Shown here one piece after another: positions 7,853 through 17,311 of a stretch of 64,000 nt of DNA. The translations under genes and the position numbers were made by a program. A model generated the notes under the pieces. The model searched no databases. It had not been told where the DNA came from and worked only from the letters and a program-made list of their open reading frames with translations. Position 1 is the stretch's first letter; every line of letters begins with the position of its first letter. The DNA is from a virus. Taxonomy: Duplodnaviria; Heunggongvirae; Uroviricota; Caudoviricetes. The stretch spans positions 22,078 to 86,077 of the IMG/VR virus record IMGVR_UViG_3300037067_008629; one strand, given 5' to 3'.

Positions 7853-8578
7853 TCATGTCTTGACCTTATTCTTTGATCCCTTTGGACGACCCCGTTTCTT
7901 TATAGCTAAAGTGGCTGTTTTTAAAACATCCACGGTATCATCATAAGCTTGTGGTTCTTCACGCTTTTGCTTACCTCGCGGCTTACCCTTATCAGAACGC
8001 TGCTTACGTTTCTTAAGGGGTTGACCCATAGCAAGTTCAACTGCTTGCAATAACGGCTCTTCTGGCTCTTCTGGCTCTTCTGGCTCTTCTGGCTCTTCTA
8101 CTTCTAAGTCTACATCTGGCTCCGAATCAAAATATTCAATATCGTCTTCTTCGTCCTTAAACTTTTGCACATGACAATCCATCAATACAGCGAGAATACC
8201 TCGATCTAGTTTACCATACGCCCACTTTGGGATGTCCATAGGTTTACGACCAAAGATGGCTTTTAGTCCACGCATAGTTGGACACTGTAATGCCTTCTCC
8301 CAGTCCTTATAATGTTTTTCGCAAGCTTCCAAAGCTTTCTTCATAGTCTTGAATAATTTACGACGTGGTTCAACAAATGCCCACATATCTGTCTTCCCAT
8401 CTTCAAAGTTTCCAGGAACACAGCAAAAGACTGTGGCTTGAAATCCAGGTGGTACCCGAACTCCAAATACCATTCGTCGCCATGTAATCCTATACTTTGA
8501 CTTTGAAATCCAGTCCTTACGCAACTTAGCACTAAGTTTATCTTTATTAAATCTGTTGGTGCGTTTAAATTCCATCAT
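7853..8578 (-). CDS. acidic-repeat, AT-hook-containing protein
   Basis: (EEP)n acidic repeat encoded by a 9-bp tandem repeat. The C-terminal KKRGRPKGSKNK is a canonical AT-hook (GRP core), and the C-terminus is Lys/Arg-rich. Confidence 0.5.
   Translation of the reverse strand: MMEFKRTNRFNKDKLSAKLRKDWISKSKYRITWRRMVFGVRVPPGFQATVFCCVPGNFEDGKTDMWAFVEPRRKLFKTMKKALEACEKHYKDWEKALQCPTMRGLKAIFGRKPMDIPKWAYGKLDRGILAVLMDCHVQKFKDEEDDIEYFDSEPDVDLEVEEPEEPEEPEEPEEPLLQAVELAMGQPLKKRKQRSDKGKPRGKQKREEPQAYDDTVDVLKTATLAIKKRGRPKGSKNKVKT
8055..8099. repeat. perfect 9-bp tandem repeat (ggctcttct)x5, in frame within CDS 7853..8578
   Basis: Read directly: ggctcttct repeated five times at 8055-8099. It encodes (EEP)5 on the minus strand. 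Confidence 0.9.
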
Positions 8579-8843
8579 TTTTCTTTGACTTCTTCTTTTT
8601 CTTTAGAAAAGGGGCATCGTCTCGAAATTGAGCTTTGACTGGCATAATCTTATGCCCCTTCATACCCCGATTATGTCGTGGATGCGCGGGGGAATAAAAT
8701 ATGTGTACTGCTGGGGCTGGAAAATGTCGCAGTACATCTAGTTTCTTGCATTTAGGGCAAGCAACAGGCTCGGGATCGTGGAAAAGAATAACATCACTAA
8801 ATACGTGCCCACATTCTTGGCAAGTAAAGTTATAATTTGGCAT
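8565..8843 (-). CDS. FmdB-family zinc-ribbon protein with a basic tail
   Basis: MPNYNFTCQECGHVF...CPKCK is the FmdB-type CxxC...CxxC ribbon. The C-terminus is KKKKKSKKND. Confidence 0.55.
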   Translation of the reverse strand: MPNYNFTCQECGHVFSDVILFHDPEPVACPKCKKLDVLRHFPAPAVHIFYSPAHPRHNRGMKGHKIMPVKAQFRDDAPFLKKKKKSKKNDGI

Positions 8844-8845
8844 AA

Positions 8846-9265
8846 TTAAGCCCCTGTTTTAATAACAACACAACGATTGGGATGCTGAAGTTTGACTACT
8901 CGATTATCACTATTCGTCCCATGTAATTTAAATACAGGGGTGGCCGCTCTGATAATCTCAATGTGACTGATAACCATATGCTGTAGCCACATATCTGAGC
9001 CTTGCCGTACTGGATAAACAACTGTGTAGCCAGTCTTAATAACATTGCCCGCATAGTCTCTTGGCTCTAAAATTTCGCCCATAATTAAATCCTCTTCACT
9101 CATGCTATGGAACTCAAATATTGTATTAGAACTGCCACATCTTAAACACTCTTCGGGTGGATGATGCTGTCTTTTTGAAGACGCCCAAATTAATCCACAT
9201 TCTTGGCATCTTCCATCACCATATTGCCAACCTATTTCATCGAACATGACTTCGTACAATTTCAA
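8846..9265 (-). CDS. zinc-ribbon hypothetical protein
   Basis: CQECG...CLRCG forms a four-Cys cluster. Length is 139 aa. Confidence 0.4.
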   Translation of the reverse strand: MKLYEVMFDEIGWQYGDGRCQECGLIWASSKRQHHPPEECLRCGSSNTIFEFHSMSEEDLIMGEILEPRDYAGNVIKTGYTVVYPVRQGSDMWLQHMVISHIEIIRAATPVFKLHGTNSDNRVVKLQHPNRCVVIKTGA

Positions 9266-9395
9266 CTAAATCTTCTAGTTCATCACTTGGTATTGGCAGC
9301 CCAGTACCACCATAGAAAAACACATCTTTCCATAAATCATAGTCAAGGGCCTCAACTATTTCACTAAGCATAACTACAATTTGATCGTCAGTCAT
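9237..9395 (-). CDS. small acidic hypothetical protein (not in ORF track)
   Basis: 52-codon ORF reading MTDDQIVVMLSEIVEALDYDLWKDVFFYGGTGLPIPSDELEDLVEIVRSHVR. Its ATG overlaps the methyltransferase stop (ATGA), and it overlaps the start of 8846..9265. Confidence 0.3.
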   Translation of the reverse strand: MTDDQIVVMLSEIVEALDYDLWKDVFFYGGTGLPIPSDELEDLVEIVRSHVR

Positions 9396-10156
9396 ACATT
9401 CTCCCATAGATTATCTTTAACTTGAATCAAACCATTCTCTTCTGCAATATGCTCGCAGTAATTTCGATCTATTTCAATTGACATACAACCTACATTGAGA
9501 CGTTTACAGACTCTCATTACAGTTCCAGTGCCACTACAAGCGTCAATCACTGCATCTTGTGTGCCGCAACTAAGTTTAATACATCGCTCCACCAGTGTCT
9601 CCCCTAGCTGGGTGGGATGCCATGCTCGTCGTTGCTTTGAGTTGCCAGTAACTCTTGGAACATCGAAGACATCGCCTGGGACCCTCCCACGGGCGTCTGC
9701 TCGCTTGTCTCCGTGCTCTTGACGCCAGGAAGGTACTCGAATAGCATCAGGATACAACTCAACGCCAGGATGCATCAAGCGAACTAATGGACGATGATTA
9801 TTTCCTAGATCATGTTGATTATGTTGCCCGAAGGTGAACGTCTGGACGCAAGCTTTAGCCAATAGTTGCTTATCTGCAACAAGCTTAGTTACAAAAGACC
9901 CCATATCAAATGTCCACTTGGCATTGTACGAGAACCATGTGATATCAGCAACCGTAGTTGACAGCCGTAGAACATATTCTAACCAAATTAAATATTCTTC
10001 AGTTGATCGTTTATCATCATATTCGCCATATTTTAGGCCGATGGCATCTGGCGGGTCCATGAATAGCATACGCCAACGAGGCTTTAACTCTCTAAGTACA
10101 CTTTCAATAGGCGAACAGACTAGACTATATTTACTCATCTGTATATTATGACACAA
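9392..10156 (-). CDS. DNA methyltransferase (beta-class N6-adenine/N4-cytosine)
   Basis: The motif IV-like MDPPD lies N-terminal to the motif I VIDACSGTGTV, which is the beta-class permutation. That order is typical of ParB-associated phage methyltransferases. Confidence 0.6.
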   Translation of the reverse strand: MCHNIQMSKYSLVCSPIESVLRELKPRWRMLFMDPPDAIGLKYGEYDDKRSTEEYLIWLEYVLRLSTTVADITWFSYNAKWTFDMGSFVTKLVADKQLLAKACVQTFTFGQHNQHDLGNNHRPLVRLMHPGVELYPDAIRVPSWRQEHGDKRADARGRVPGDVFDVPRVTGNSKQRRAWHPTQLGETLVERCIKLSCGTQDAVIDACSGTGTVMRVCKRLNVGCMSIEIDRNYCEHIAEENGLIQVKDNLWENV

Positions 10157-11405
10157 AAATGGGACTTGTCAAGGCGGATATTGGATCATCACGATATTTT
10201 AAAAGATGCCCCTGAAGAGTGGCCATACTCCACTCATTTGGTGTTCCACGCTCAGAGAATTGTTTTGCTACTTCAGGAAGTGCTGGAAAGAATCGGAGAA
10301 ATAGTTTTTTCATTTGATCTCTGGATGCATTTGCCAATTCCAGACTTAAATCCACACGCCCCGGACGAATTAAAGCTGGATCAAGAGTTTCAATATGATT
10401 TGTTGTCATAAATAGAATTCGACCTTCACTGGCCATAACACCATCTATTGCATTCAATAATCCAGAGAAAGTTACACTTTCCTTATCATCAGCTTTTTTA
10501 CGTTGAAGGAATACACAATCAATGTCTTCAATAAGTATCATGCTATTAGTTGGAATCGACGACATTAATTCTAATAAACCCTCATTACTTAAAGAATGTG
10601 AACTCAGATTCAATGTATAGATATCAAACTGAAGTGTTGAGGCTAATGCAATAACCAAGGAACTCTTACCATTTCCAGGTGCCCCATGTAATAAATAACC
10701 GCGTCGGTATGGAATACCACGATCATTATACCAACTTTCAGATTTTTGAAACAAGCAAATATCTTCTAAAATTCGATCAGACAATCCATCAGCTAGAATC
10801 ACTGATTCCATTGGCCGTGGTAGTCGTTTACCTACAGCAATCCAACTTCCATAGTCGTGGGATGCAATAGTTACTCTTGCATCTAGTGGTGGGTGATAGA
10901 CTTGACGAGCTTCTTCCAGTAAATCTAATACAATTTGTTTGTTGCGACTGAATAATGTAAAGTTAAATGTCTCATAAAATCCCAGCGCTCCGGCTCCGTT
11001 ACCACCCCCCTTGTCACTACCTTCTCGACGATCTCGACGTAACACTACCAAACGATGACGATAGAAGAAAAAATGCAGCCCTGGAGCTGGGGATAAAATA
11101 ACTTGTGGCTTTTTTAAATTTGAGTCACCAATATCATTAGTTTCATGTCGTTGCCGTTTAGTTTGAACAGTCCATAACCGACATCGCCGTTGATAAGGAT
11201 GTTGGGCTAACCATACATTTAACCACTTAAAAGCTTCATCACGATCTGGCACATCTACAACTGTTATAAGGCGTCGTTTTGTCCAGTCCCAAATATGATT
11301 AGGAACCCGACGTAAATAGGCAAATACTACACCTACAACTGCCAATAAAGCTCCCCCACTTAGGAACTGATTGCTAGACAATTGGTCTATTAATGATTGC
11401 CACAT
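10146..11405 (-). CDS. BCS1-like AAA+ ATPase with N-terminal transmembrane segment
   Basis: N-terminal hydrophobic helix (GGALLAVVGVVFAYL). Walker A is GYLLHGAPGNGKSS and Walker B is ILIEDIDCVF. The layout resembles BCS1 (membrane anchor plus a single AAA module). Confidence 0.6.
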   Translation of the reverse strand: MWQSLIDQLSSNQFLSGGALLAVVGVVFAYLRRVPNHIWDWTKRRLITVVDVPDRDEAFKWLNVWLAQHPYQRRCRLWTVQTKRQRHETNDIGDSNLKKPQVILSPAPGLHFFFYRHRLVVLRRDRREGSDKGGGNGAGALGFYETFNFTLFSRNKQIVLDLLEEARQVYHPPLDARVTIASHDYGSWIAVGKRLPRPMESVILADGLSDRILEDICLFQKSESWYNDRGIPYRRGYLLHGAPGNGKSSLVIALASTLQFDIYTLNLSSHSLSNEGLLELMSSIPTNSMILIEDIDCVFLQRKKADDKESVTFSGLLNAIDGVMASEGRILFMTTNHIETLDPALIRPGRVDLSLELANASRDQMKKLFLRFFPALPEVAKQFSERGTPNEWSMATLQGHLLKYRDDPISALTSPIFVS

Positions 11406-11498
11406 AATTCCACCCTACAAATAATGTTTACACTTTGGACATTGATAAACTATATCATCATCTGGTTCTAATGTCCATGGTTCAATATTACTCCAGTA

Positions 11499-11738
11499 TC
11501 AATTCGTATTATTAGCATCTTGTAATTCCTTTGGATTGTGCCTAGTTAACACTAAATTAATAACTGGTACTAATTCTCCAATTTGAAGTTCATTATCACC
11601 AACGTATCCAAGTGTCCAAGCAACTTGTTCAGCTGGTTGATTTTCAAGCACATTTGCTAACATTTCAAACATTTTGACAATCTCCACACCAGAGATATTA
11701 ATCTGAGCAAGTCGTTCTAAGGCTTTGGCATTAATCAC
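11499..11738 (-). CDS. hypothetical protein
   Basis: 79-aa ORF. Confidence 0.35.
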   Translation of the reverse strand: MINAKALERLAQINISGVEIVKMFEMLANVLENQPAEQVAWTLGYVGDNELQIGELVPVINLVLTRHNPKELQDANNTN

Positions 11739-12070
11739 AATATTTCCTTTTCAATTTTAAGGTCTTTTGGTAATAGACATCGTTGCGACAGCTTAAATTC
11801 TTTTTTAATTGCCGCCTTAACTTGAGACTTAGTATGACATACAATAATACCAGATTGATCTCCAAGAGTCCATTTCCAAGTTGATGGAATTTTTGGAGGT
11901 AAATAACCCTTCGATTTTAGATATTTTTTTGCTAATCTATCCCACACAAGTCGTCTCTCAGCTTTAGTAGGAGTTCGTGGGATAACTTGATGTAAATTAA
12001 AAAATTCTATCCGAGAGAGTCGGAGTGTTGTTGTTCTAACATTACCCATATGTAATTGTCTCCGATACAT
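11735..12070 (-). CDS. hypothetical protein
   Basis: 111-aa basic ORF. Confidence 0.35.
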   Translation of the reverse strand: MYRRQLHMGNVRTTTLRLSRIEFFNLHQVIPRTPTKAERRLVWDRLAKKYLKSKGYLPPKIPSTWKWTLGDQSGIIVCHTKSQVKAAIKKEFKLSQRCLLPKDLKIEKEIL

Positions 12071-12515
12071 ATTTACTAAAACAAATTAAATCCTCTGGAA
12101 CCCCACAAAAAACTGTGGCATTTGATTCCAATTTTTCTGCACAAAATCCACGTCTACGTAACCAACCACTAACATCAATTGGCTTTCCAGGGCAGCATAA
12201 ACTTTCTGGAATTTTTATCTTAATAACTTTTTTCCCTAGCTGAATAAGTGTATTTTCGACCATACATAAAAGTTTGGACCCAATTCCAAAATTACGGTAG
12301 GCAGGTTTTACTCCTAGTCTAACGACAATAGTTCCTTCCCACATAATAAATCCTGCTGGAATACCTTGAATTGTCCCAATCATAATACTATATTTAGAAT
12401 TATCCAGATAAATACGCCACTCATCCAGTGAAATATTATCCTCAAAACATTTTAAATCAATATCTAATAAATGATTTAATTCACCACGTAGTGGTTTTCT
12501 AATGTTTGTAATCAT
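12042..12515 (-). CDS. GNAT-family N-acetyltransferase
   Basis: RNFGIGSKLL is the acetyl-CoA binding motif (Q/R-x-x-G-x-G/A). Length is 157 aa. Confidence 0.55.
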   Translation of the reverse strand: MITNIRKPLRGELNHLLDIDLKCFEDNISLDEWRIYLDNSKYSIMIGTIQGIPAGFIMWEGTIVVRLGVKPAYRNFGIGSKLLCMVENTLIQLGKKVIKIKIPESLCCPGKPIDVSGWLRRRGFCAEKLESNATVFCGVPEDLICFSKYVSETITYG

Positions 12516-13510
12516 CCTTTGTACCCTCGTGACCTCCCTAATTCATTTAAATACTGTTGAGTTGCATCTGTACTATGTGACATTAAAGCTTGCTGCTCTA
12601 ATACTGCACATCTATTTTTACTTTCATCAATTGTCATATCACTAAAGATATGGCCATTCGTAATAGCAGACCAACATTCATTAAGTTTATGTAATAAATT
12701 TTGCTGATGAACTGTAGAAATTCGGGCACGGTGATTTGCGACTCGTAATAAAGGCCGTTCGAGCCCAATTGGCTTTGCAACTATTTGGTCAATACAAACC
12801 ACTACATCCTGATTACCAACAGGCTCTCCAAGCATCCATGAATAGATAGCTAATTGATTAGACCAATCTTCATTTGCATCTTCCAGCCAACCAGAATGAA
12901 TCTCAACACCTTTCCATACAATAGGGTTATAATCTTTATGAGACTGGCCTGTACCACGGGTAGCTTTTGCGATACTAACATCCCAACAATCACGTACAAG
13001 TCGATAATTTTTGCATGGGCTGGTGGGTGATTTGGAACAATATCCATTAATCTTCCAATCAAGAATAACATGTGCTCCTGAGGCATGTATAAATCGTAAG
13101 TCTGGTTTGCCTAACAAAGGAACTTCATTAATAGTACCTGTTGCTGTGAATTCAAATTGTGGCGATTGTTTACTTTGTTGTAACAATGCTAATAATTCAT
13201 CGTAGGCTCCACATTTTTTGTAGCTTTCAAAAACATAGAGGCCATTTTCTCGTGCCCAATCCCTATTATGCTCTTCCACTTGGTTTGTAAACAATGTATC
13301 AAATTCAAATCTCGGGTCATTACCTTTTCCGAAAAGAGTTTCATGCATGGCCGATTTTACGTAGGCATCAAAAGAACTACCTATTGACATATAGATAGCC
13401 TGCGGTGGTCGTGGAGCACGAACCTCACTTAAATGTTGTAGATAATACTCATCCCGATCAGAAGTCCAAAGCGCAAGCTGACTCGGAGAAAGATATGCTG
13501 GGATTCTCAT
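12512..13510 (-). CDS. PD-(D/E)XK RecB/Cas4-family nuclease
   Basis: GKPDLRF...ILDWKING gives the D...(D/E)xK core, followed by the QSHKDY (QxxxY) motif typical of RecB-family nucleases. Confidence 0.5.
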   Translation of the reverse strand: MRIPAYLSPSQLALWTSDRDEYYLQHLSEVRAPRPPQAIYMSIGSSFDAYVKSAMHETLFGKGNDPRFEFDTLFTNQVEEHNRDWARENGLYVFESYKKCGAYDELLALLQQSKQSPQFEFTATGTINEVPLLGKPDLRFIHASGAHVILDWKINGYCSKSPTSPCKNYRLVRDCWDVSIAKATRGTGQSHKDYNPIVWKGVEIHSGWLEDANEDWSNQLAIYSWMLGEPVGNQDVVVCIDQIVAKPIGLERPLLRVANHRARISTVHQQNLLHKLNECWSAITNGHIFSDMTIDESKNRCAVLEQQALMSHSTDATQQYLNELGRSRGYKG

Positions 13511-13794
13511 AGTAGCCTCTCAATCAAAAAAGTCATAAGACTGCCAACTAGAATACCTAAGCCAACCCACCAAAACTTCGGTTGTTTTGATTTTTGTATT
13601 GGTCTCACCGATAAATAGAAGGCATATAAAATATACCAAGTACCATATGTTGGATGTGACCACAAGCTCTTATAGGCTAATTTGATCCATCCTTTGCTAT
13701 ACAAAAAATTTTGTATATCCATACAATATAAATTTTCTTGTTTAATCCTCTGTCCATGTTCGCATGTATCGTGCGTCTTTTGGTATGGCGTCAT
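13507..13794 (-). CDS. small membrane protein
   Basis: 95 aa with a C-terminal hydrophobic helix. Confidence 0.35.
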   Translation of the reverse strand: MTPYQKTHDTCEHGQRIKQENLYCMDIQNFLYSKGWIKLAYKSLWSHPTYGTWYILYAFYLSVRPIQKSKQPKFWWVGLGILVGSLMTFLIERLL

Positions 13795-14842
13795 CAGATA
13801 GCTCCCTATATTTAAAGGTGACTACTTGACCATGTGTGAAATATTTACCTTCAATCCAGCTAGGTGTATCACTACCAGGATTTTCAATTGCCCAGTTACG
13901 AGCTTTTTGGTTTGAGAATTTACGTTCCTCGTCAGTAAGCCCAGCTAATTCTAATCTCTTACCTTTAAAATCTAAGATTAAAGCACCAATTTTTCCAAGT
14001 AATTTAGAACCTTTATCCGTTTTTCTACCAGATGTAAATCCGATAACAGTTCCTTCTGCGTCAGAATAGGGCTTATACTTTAAAACTCCATAAGAACGAG
14101 TTGGCGTCCAAATACTGTCCGGTCGTCGTAACACTACTCCTTCTCCACCATTTGCAACTATTTTCTCCAATTCATGCTCGACCACAGCTTGTGCATTAAT
14201 TTCAGGTAGCCGTCGTTGCCGTAAAAGATAAATTTGTCCTTCGGATGGAAGTGCTTCATTTAATATAATTAACACATCTTCAAAAGTTGTTCCAAAAGGT
14301 AGAAATCTATAGTCCTGTAACAAACTATCAGGTTGTTTATTTAACCAACGACGAACTACATCTAACGACATATTTAATTTCATGTTGGCATTATTGATGA
14401 TTCCATCTGCAAAAATACTCTCAAATGGTGGGCTATCAATAATAGCAAATTCAATCTGTTCCCAGTCTTTTGTTGGAACATCACACGCACATATTGAGCG
14501 ACATAATTGAAAAGTACCTGGACCAGCCCAAAGTTCACCATCCAATGGTAAACATGGTAGTTGATTCAACCACCAATCTGGAGCAATAATAGGGTTGCCA
14601 TACCGTGACCACAGCCCAGTTGAAAAGGGTTTAATTTTTGCTTTTTTCCCACCAGTTTTTGGATTGGTGATATTTGCCCATGGTATCTGATCCGTTGATA
14701 AGCCACGACTAATACCACCATCCCAGAAACAACGAGTACCATCGAGTTTCTCAGACACATAGCATCCAGAGATATCATGTTTCTCTGGAATATACTTATG
14801 TGCCAACATTAAAAATTCACGTTTATTTGATACTCGTACCAT
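13742..14842 (-). CDS. ATP-dependent DNA ligase
   Basis: Motif I is KxDGxR (VSEKLDGTRCF). Length is 366 aa, typical of a minimal phage ligase. Confidence 0.75.
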   Translation of the reverse strand: MVRVSNKREFLMLAHKYIPEKHDISGCYVSEKLDGTRCFWDGGISRGLSTDQIPWANITNPKTGGKKAKIKPFSTGLWSRYGNPIIAPDWWLNQLPCLPLDGELWAGPGTFQLCRSICACDVPTKDWEQIEFAIIDSPPFESIFADGIINNANMKLNMSLDVVRRWLNKQPDSLLQDYRFLPFGTTFEDVLIILNEALPSEGQIYLLRQRRLPEINAQAVVEHELEKIVANGGEGVVLRRPDSIWTPTRSYGVLKYKPYSDAEGTVIGFTSGRKTDKGSKLLGKIGALILDFKGKRLELAGLTDEERKFSNQKARNWAIENPGSDTPSWIEGKYFTHGQVVTFKYRELSDDAIPKDARYMRTWTED

Positions 14843-14852
14843 AATTAATTCC

Positions 14853-15017
14853 TTAACAAGAGCGTAAATTGTCTAGGTCAAATTCATAAGTATCATTGAG
14901 AATTTGTTGGCAACGTGGGCAAGTTGGACATGTTGTAGTTGCCACTAGGTATCCAAAATTAAATCCACTTACTACCAAAAGTATCCCTAAAAATAAACCA
15001 ATTACAAAATTTCTCAT
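14853..15017 (-). CDS. small membrane protein with CxxC..C (not in ORF track)
   Basis: ORF reading MRNFVIGLFLGILLVVSGF...CPTCPRCQQ. Its ATG overlaps the upstream stop (ATGA). Confidence 0.3.
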   Translation of the reverse strand: MRNFVIGLFLGILLVVSGFNFGYLVATTTCPTCPRCQQILNDTYEFDLDNLRSC

Positions 15018-15490
15018 GGTTGCTCCTTCTTAAGTTTTTCTATTTCAGTAATCTTATCAGCAAGCTCTTCTTTTACTCTTAATAGCGCATTATTTAAAGT
15101 TTTTAGTTCCTGTGTTTTAGCGTCGAGTTCCGCTTGTAGTTTGGAGTTATCATCAACTAAAGTCTTAATTTGCGTTGCGGCTGTTTCAAGTGCAGTTTCT
15201 AATAATACGCTTTGTTGGCGTACTACTGCTAACTCTTCGGTGTATTTATTTAAATTCCCTTCAAGCATAGAAACTCGATTCGCTTGAGATACTATTATAT
15301 CTTGTAAACTAGCTGTGAAACAAATTCTCTCCGTAGTTGTATTGAGTTTCTGGACTTCTCGGCAATTATCCTTAGTGATATTTTTACAAAATTCTAATTC
15401 TTGCCGAATTTGGTAGTTATCTTCTAACACAAAAAAGCCACTTGTCAACACTGCGATTAATACCGCCCACAAACTTGTTGTCTTAAACAT
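15014..15490 (-). CDS. secreted or membrane-anchored coiled-coil protein
   Basis: N-terminal signal/TM helix (LWAVLIAVLTSGFFVL) followed by a long heptad-like coiled coil. Confidence 0.4.
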   Translation of the reverse strand: MFKTTSLWAVLIAVLTSGFFVLEDNYQIRQELEFCKNITKDNCREVQKLNTTTERICFTASLQDIIVSQANRVSMLEGNLNKYTEELAVVRQQSVLLETALETAATQIKTLVDDNSKLQAELDAKTQELKTLNNALLRVKEELADKITEIEKLKKEQP

Positions 15491-16034
15491 TTCTTTCTCC
15501 TTGACTATTAAATGATCCGCACATTGTATACCCGCTATTCCATGGGCGTGGAACTAAAATTGTTTGCCCACCATAGGCTCTAAATTCACCAAGATTTTTA
15601 TCATAATCATCAATTAATAATGCACTTGGTTTAGCACATAGCCATTTATGTGGACCAATTAAAAACTGACGATGAAGCCAACGTGGCATATTTGTATAAA
15701 TCCATTCCAATTTTCCAGCTAAACAATCTGGATCAATGACAGGAGATGTTAAAAGAAATACATTATTTCTTCCCACACATTGAGCACATAAATCTGGCAG
15801 CCAATTACATTCAAGGGTCTTAGGCATTGTGGCCCAGAAATTTCGATCTAATCGCTTCCAAAAATCATTATCCGATATCGGTTCGGGTAGTAATGTATTG
15901 CAATTTTTTACAATATCATAGTTGCCAGGAAGTGGATATTTAACAATAGTTCGCTGAGTCACCTTACTCAAAGCATCAAAAGGCATCATATTTAAGACGC
16001 CATCAATATCTATATAAATTACTTCAAGATTCAT
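15483..16034 (-). CDS. HAD-superfamily phosphatase (5'(3')-deoxyribonucleotidase-like)
   Basis: HAD motif I is IYIDIDGVLN, motif II is LLTSP, and motif IV is LLIDDYD. Confidence 0.55.
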   Translation of the reverse strand: MNLEVIYIDIDGVLNMMPFDALSKVTQRTIVKYPLPGNYDIVKNCNTLLPEPISDNDFWKRLDRNFWATMPKTLECNWLPDLCAQCVGRNNVFLLTSPVIDPDCLAGKLEWIYTNMPRWLHRQFLIGPHKWLCAKPSALLIDDYDKNLGEFRAYGGQTILVPRPWNSGYTMCGSFNSQGERNV

Positions 16035-16635
16035 CAGTAAACCTTTTTAGTAATGTTTTACGAATACGTGATACATCGCATGGATTTAAATTCAGTTTCT
16101 GAGCAATCTCTTTGTTATTGTGACCAGCAATTCGTAAACGAATAAATTCTTGTTCAAAATCTGTGTAAGCGGTATCTTGCAAGCATTCCAATAATTCAGA
16201 GCCGTTGGCGGGAGTCGATATAGTATTCATACAGATATATTGCTGAGTAATATTAGCATAATATCGACGTTCAATCGGACCGTATGACAATAAAGTATCC
16301 AGATAATCAAAACATCTAAATTTTAAAGAGACAGAAGTATAATGCACTAAATTTTTAATTGGTTTTTGATTAGCTATTTTGTCGATTTGTTCTACCAACC
16401 ACTCAATAAGATAACTAATCAAACCATCAACTTCATTTCTTAACCGCGACTCTTTATATAATATTTTTCCTAATCGAGTCTTTATGTATGCAAGTAATTG
16501 ATAAAGTAATTCTTCTCTTGCCTCAATACTACCATTTTGAACTGCTTTTACTAGCTCAGGAATTTTTTTGCTGTCAAATGGCTCTAATTTATCAAGTACT
16601 GGATGGTCAAATGTCCAGAAACCGGGTTTCGTCAT
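16024..16635 (-). CDS. sigma-70-family (ECF-like) sigma factor, putative
   Basis: The C-terminal region-4-like HTH is EFIRLRIAGHNNKEIAQKLNLNPCDVSRIRKTL. The N-terminal AREELLYQLLAYI resembles region 2. Confidence 0.45.
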   Translation of the reverse strand: MTKPGFWTFDHPVLDKLEPFDSKKIPELVKAVQNGSIEAREELLYQLLAYIKTRLGKILYKESRLRNEVDGLISYLIEWLVEQIDKIANQKPIKNLVHYTSVSLKFRCFDYLDTLLSYGPIERRYYANITQQYICMNTISTPANGSELLECLQDTAYTDFEQEFIRLRIAGHNNKEIAQKLNLNPCDVSRIRKTLLKRFTDES

Positions 16636-17122
16636 AGCCGACCTCCGTAAGAATCCAAAGTGTATGTGGATTGAAATTATTTTTTAAACTATTTTCAAAG
16701 GTATAAGATCGGCCGCTTGGGTCATAAATTAATTCGCCATCCCATGCAACAGCGTGCCCCATTTTTACTCCATTTACTCGAAGTCCCTCAAGAACACCAC
16801 GTTTTGTAGTGGTTAAGTAATGCATAAAACGTGCCAAATTAGCATCATCTGAAGCACCAAAACGCACTGGAAAAACCTCAGCACCAACTGCATAAGTCAT
16901 TGCTGGAAAGAGTTCAATTGGCATACAAGTAAAACCCAACTTCCAAGCTACATCAATGCATTCTTGCAGATGAAAACCTCTACGTTTCGACTGATCTTTA
17001 TATGGTCTGGCGTTTCCATCATGCCCTAATAGAGCTATAAAGTATTGAAATGATACATTACAAGCCATTGAGAAGCTTGCTGGTAAGCATGACCATTTGT
17101 TGCTGGTGGGAATTGTAAACAT
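16607..17122 (-). CDS. papain-fold cysteine peptidase-like protein (NlpC/P60 or C39-like)
   Basis: Candidate nucleophile Cys in WSCLPASFSMA and a downstream His in GHAVAWDG. Could be an endolysin or a processing peptidase. Confidence 0.3.
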   Translation of the reverse strand: MFTIPTSNKWSCLPASFSMACNVSFQYFIALLGHDGNARPYKDQSKRRGFHLQECIDVAWKLGFTCMPIELFPAMTYAVGAEVFPVRFGASDDANLARFMHYLTTTKRGVLEGLRVNGVKMGHAVAWDGELIYDPSGRSYTFENSLKNNFNPHTLWILTEVGYDETRFLDI

Positions 17123-17133
17123 ATGATGCCTTT

Positions 17134-17310
17134 TTACAACTCTGGGGTTGTCTTGGTTGCTCTGGCGACCGCCAATCCTTGTTTTATTGCTAATTTTTTA
17201 GCTCTTAGACGGCTGGCCGCATTCCCGGCTTTATATGTATATTTCTTTCCTGTAGTTCCCCACTGGTAGGCTGGACGCCCACCTTGGCCTGTAGTACGAT
17301 GCACTGGCAT
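17134..17310 (-). CDS. small basic protein (not in ORF track)
   Basis: 58 aa reading MPVHRTTGQGGRPAYQWGTTGKKYTYKAGNAASRLRAKKLAIKQG. A GGAGGA Shine-Dalgarno sits 6 nt upstream of the ATG. Confidence 0.4.
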   Translation of the reverse strand: MPVHRTTGQGGRPAYQWGTTGKKYTYKAGNAASRLRAKKLAIKQGLAVARATKTTPEL

Positions 17311-17311
17311 T

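Noticed and set aside
8055-8099. Possible CRISPR array at the 9-bp tandem repeat
   Set aside because: Units are 9 bp with no spacers and sit in frame inside a CDS encoding (EEP)5. This is a coding microsatellite, not a CRISPR array.
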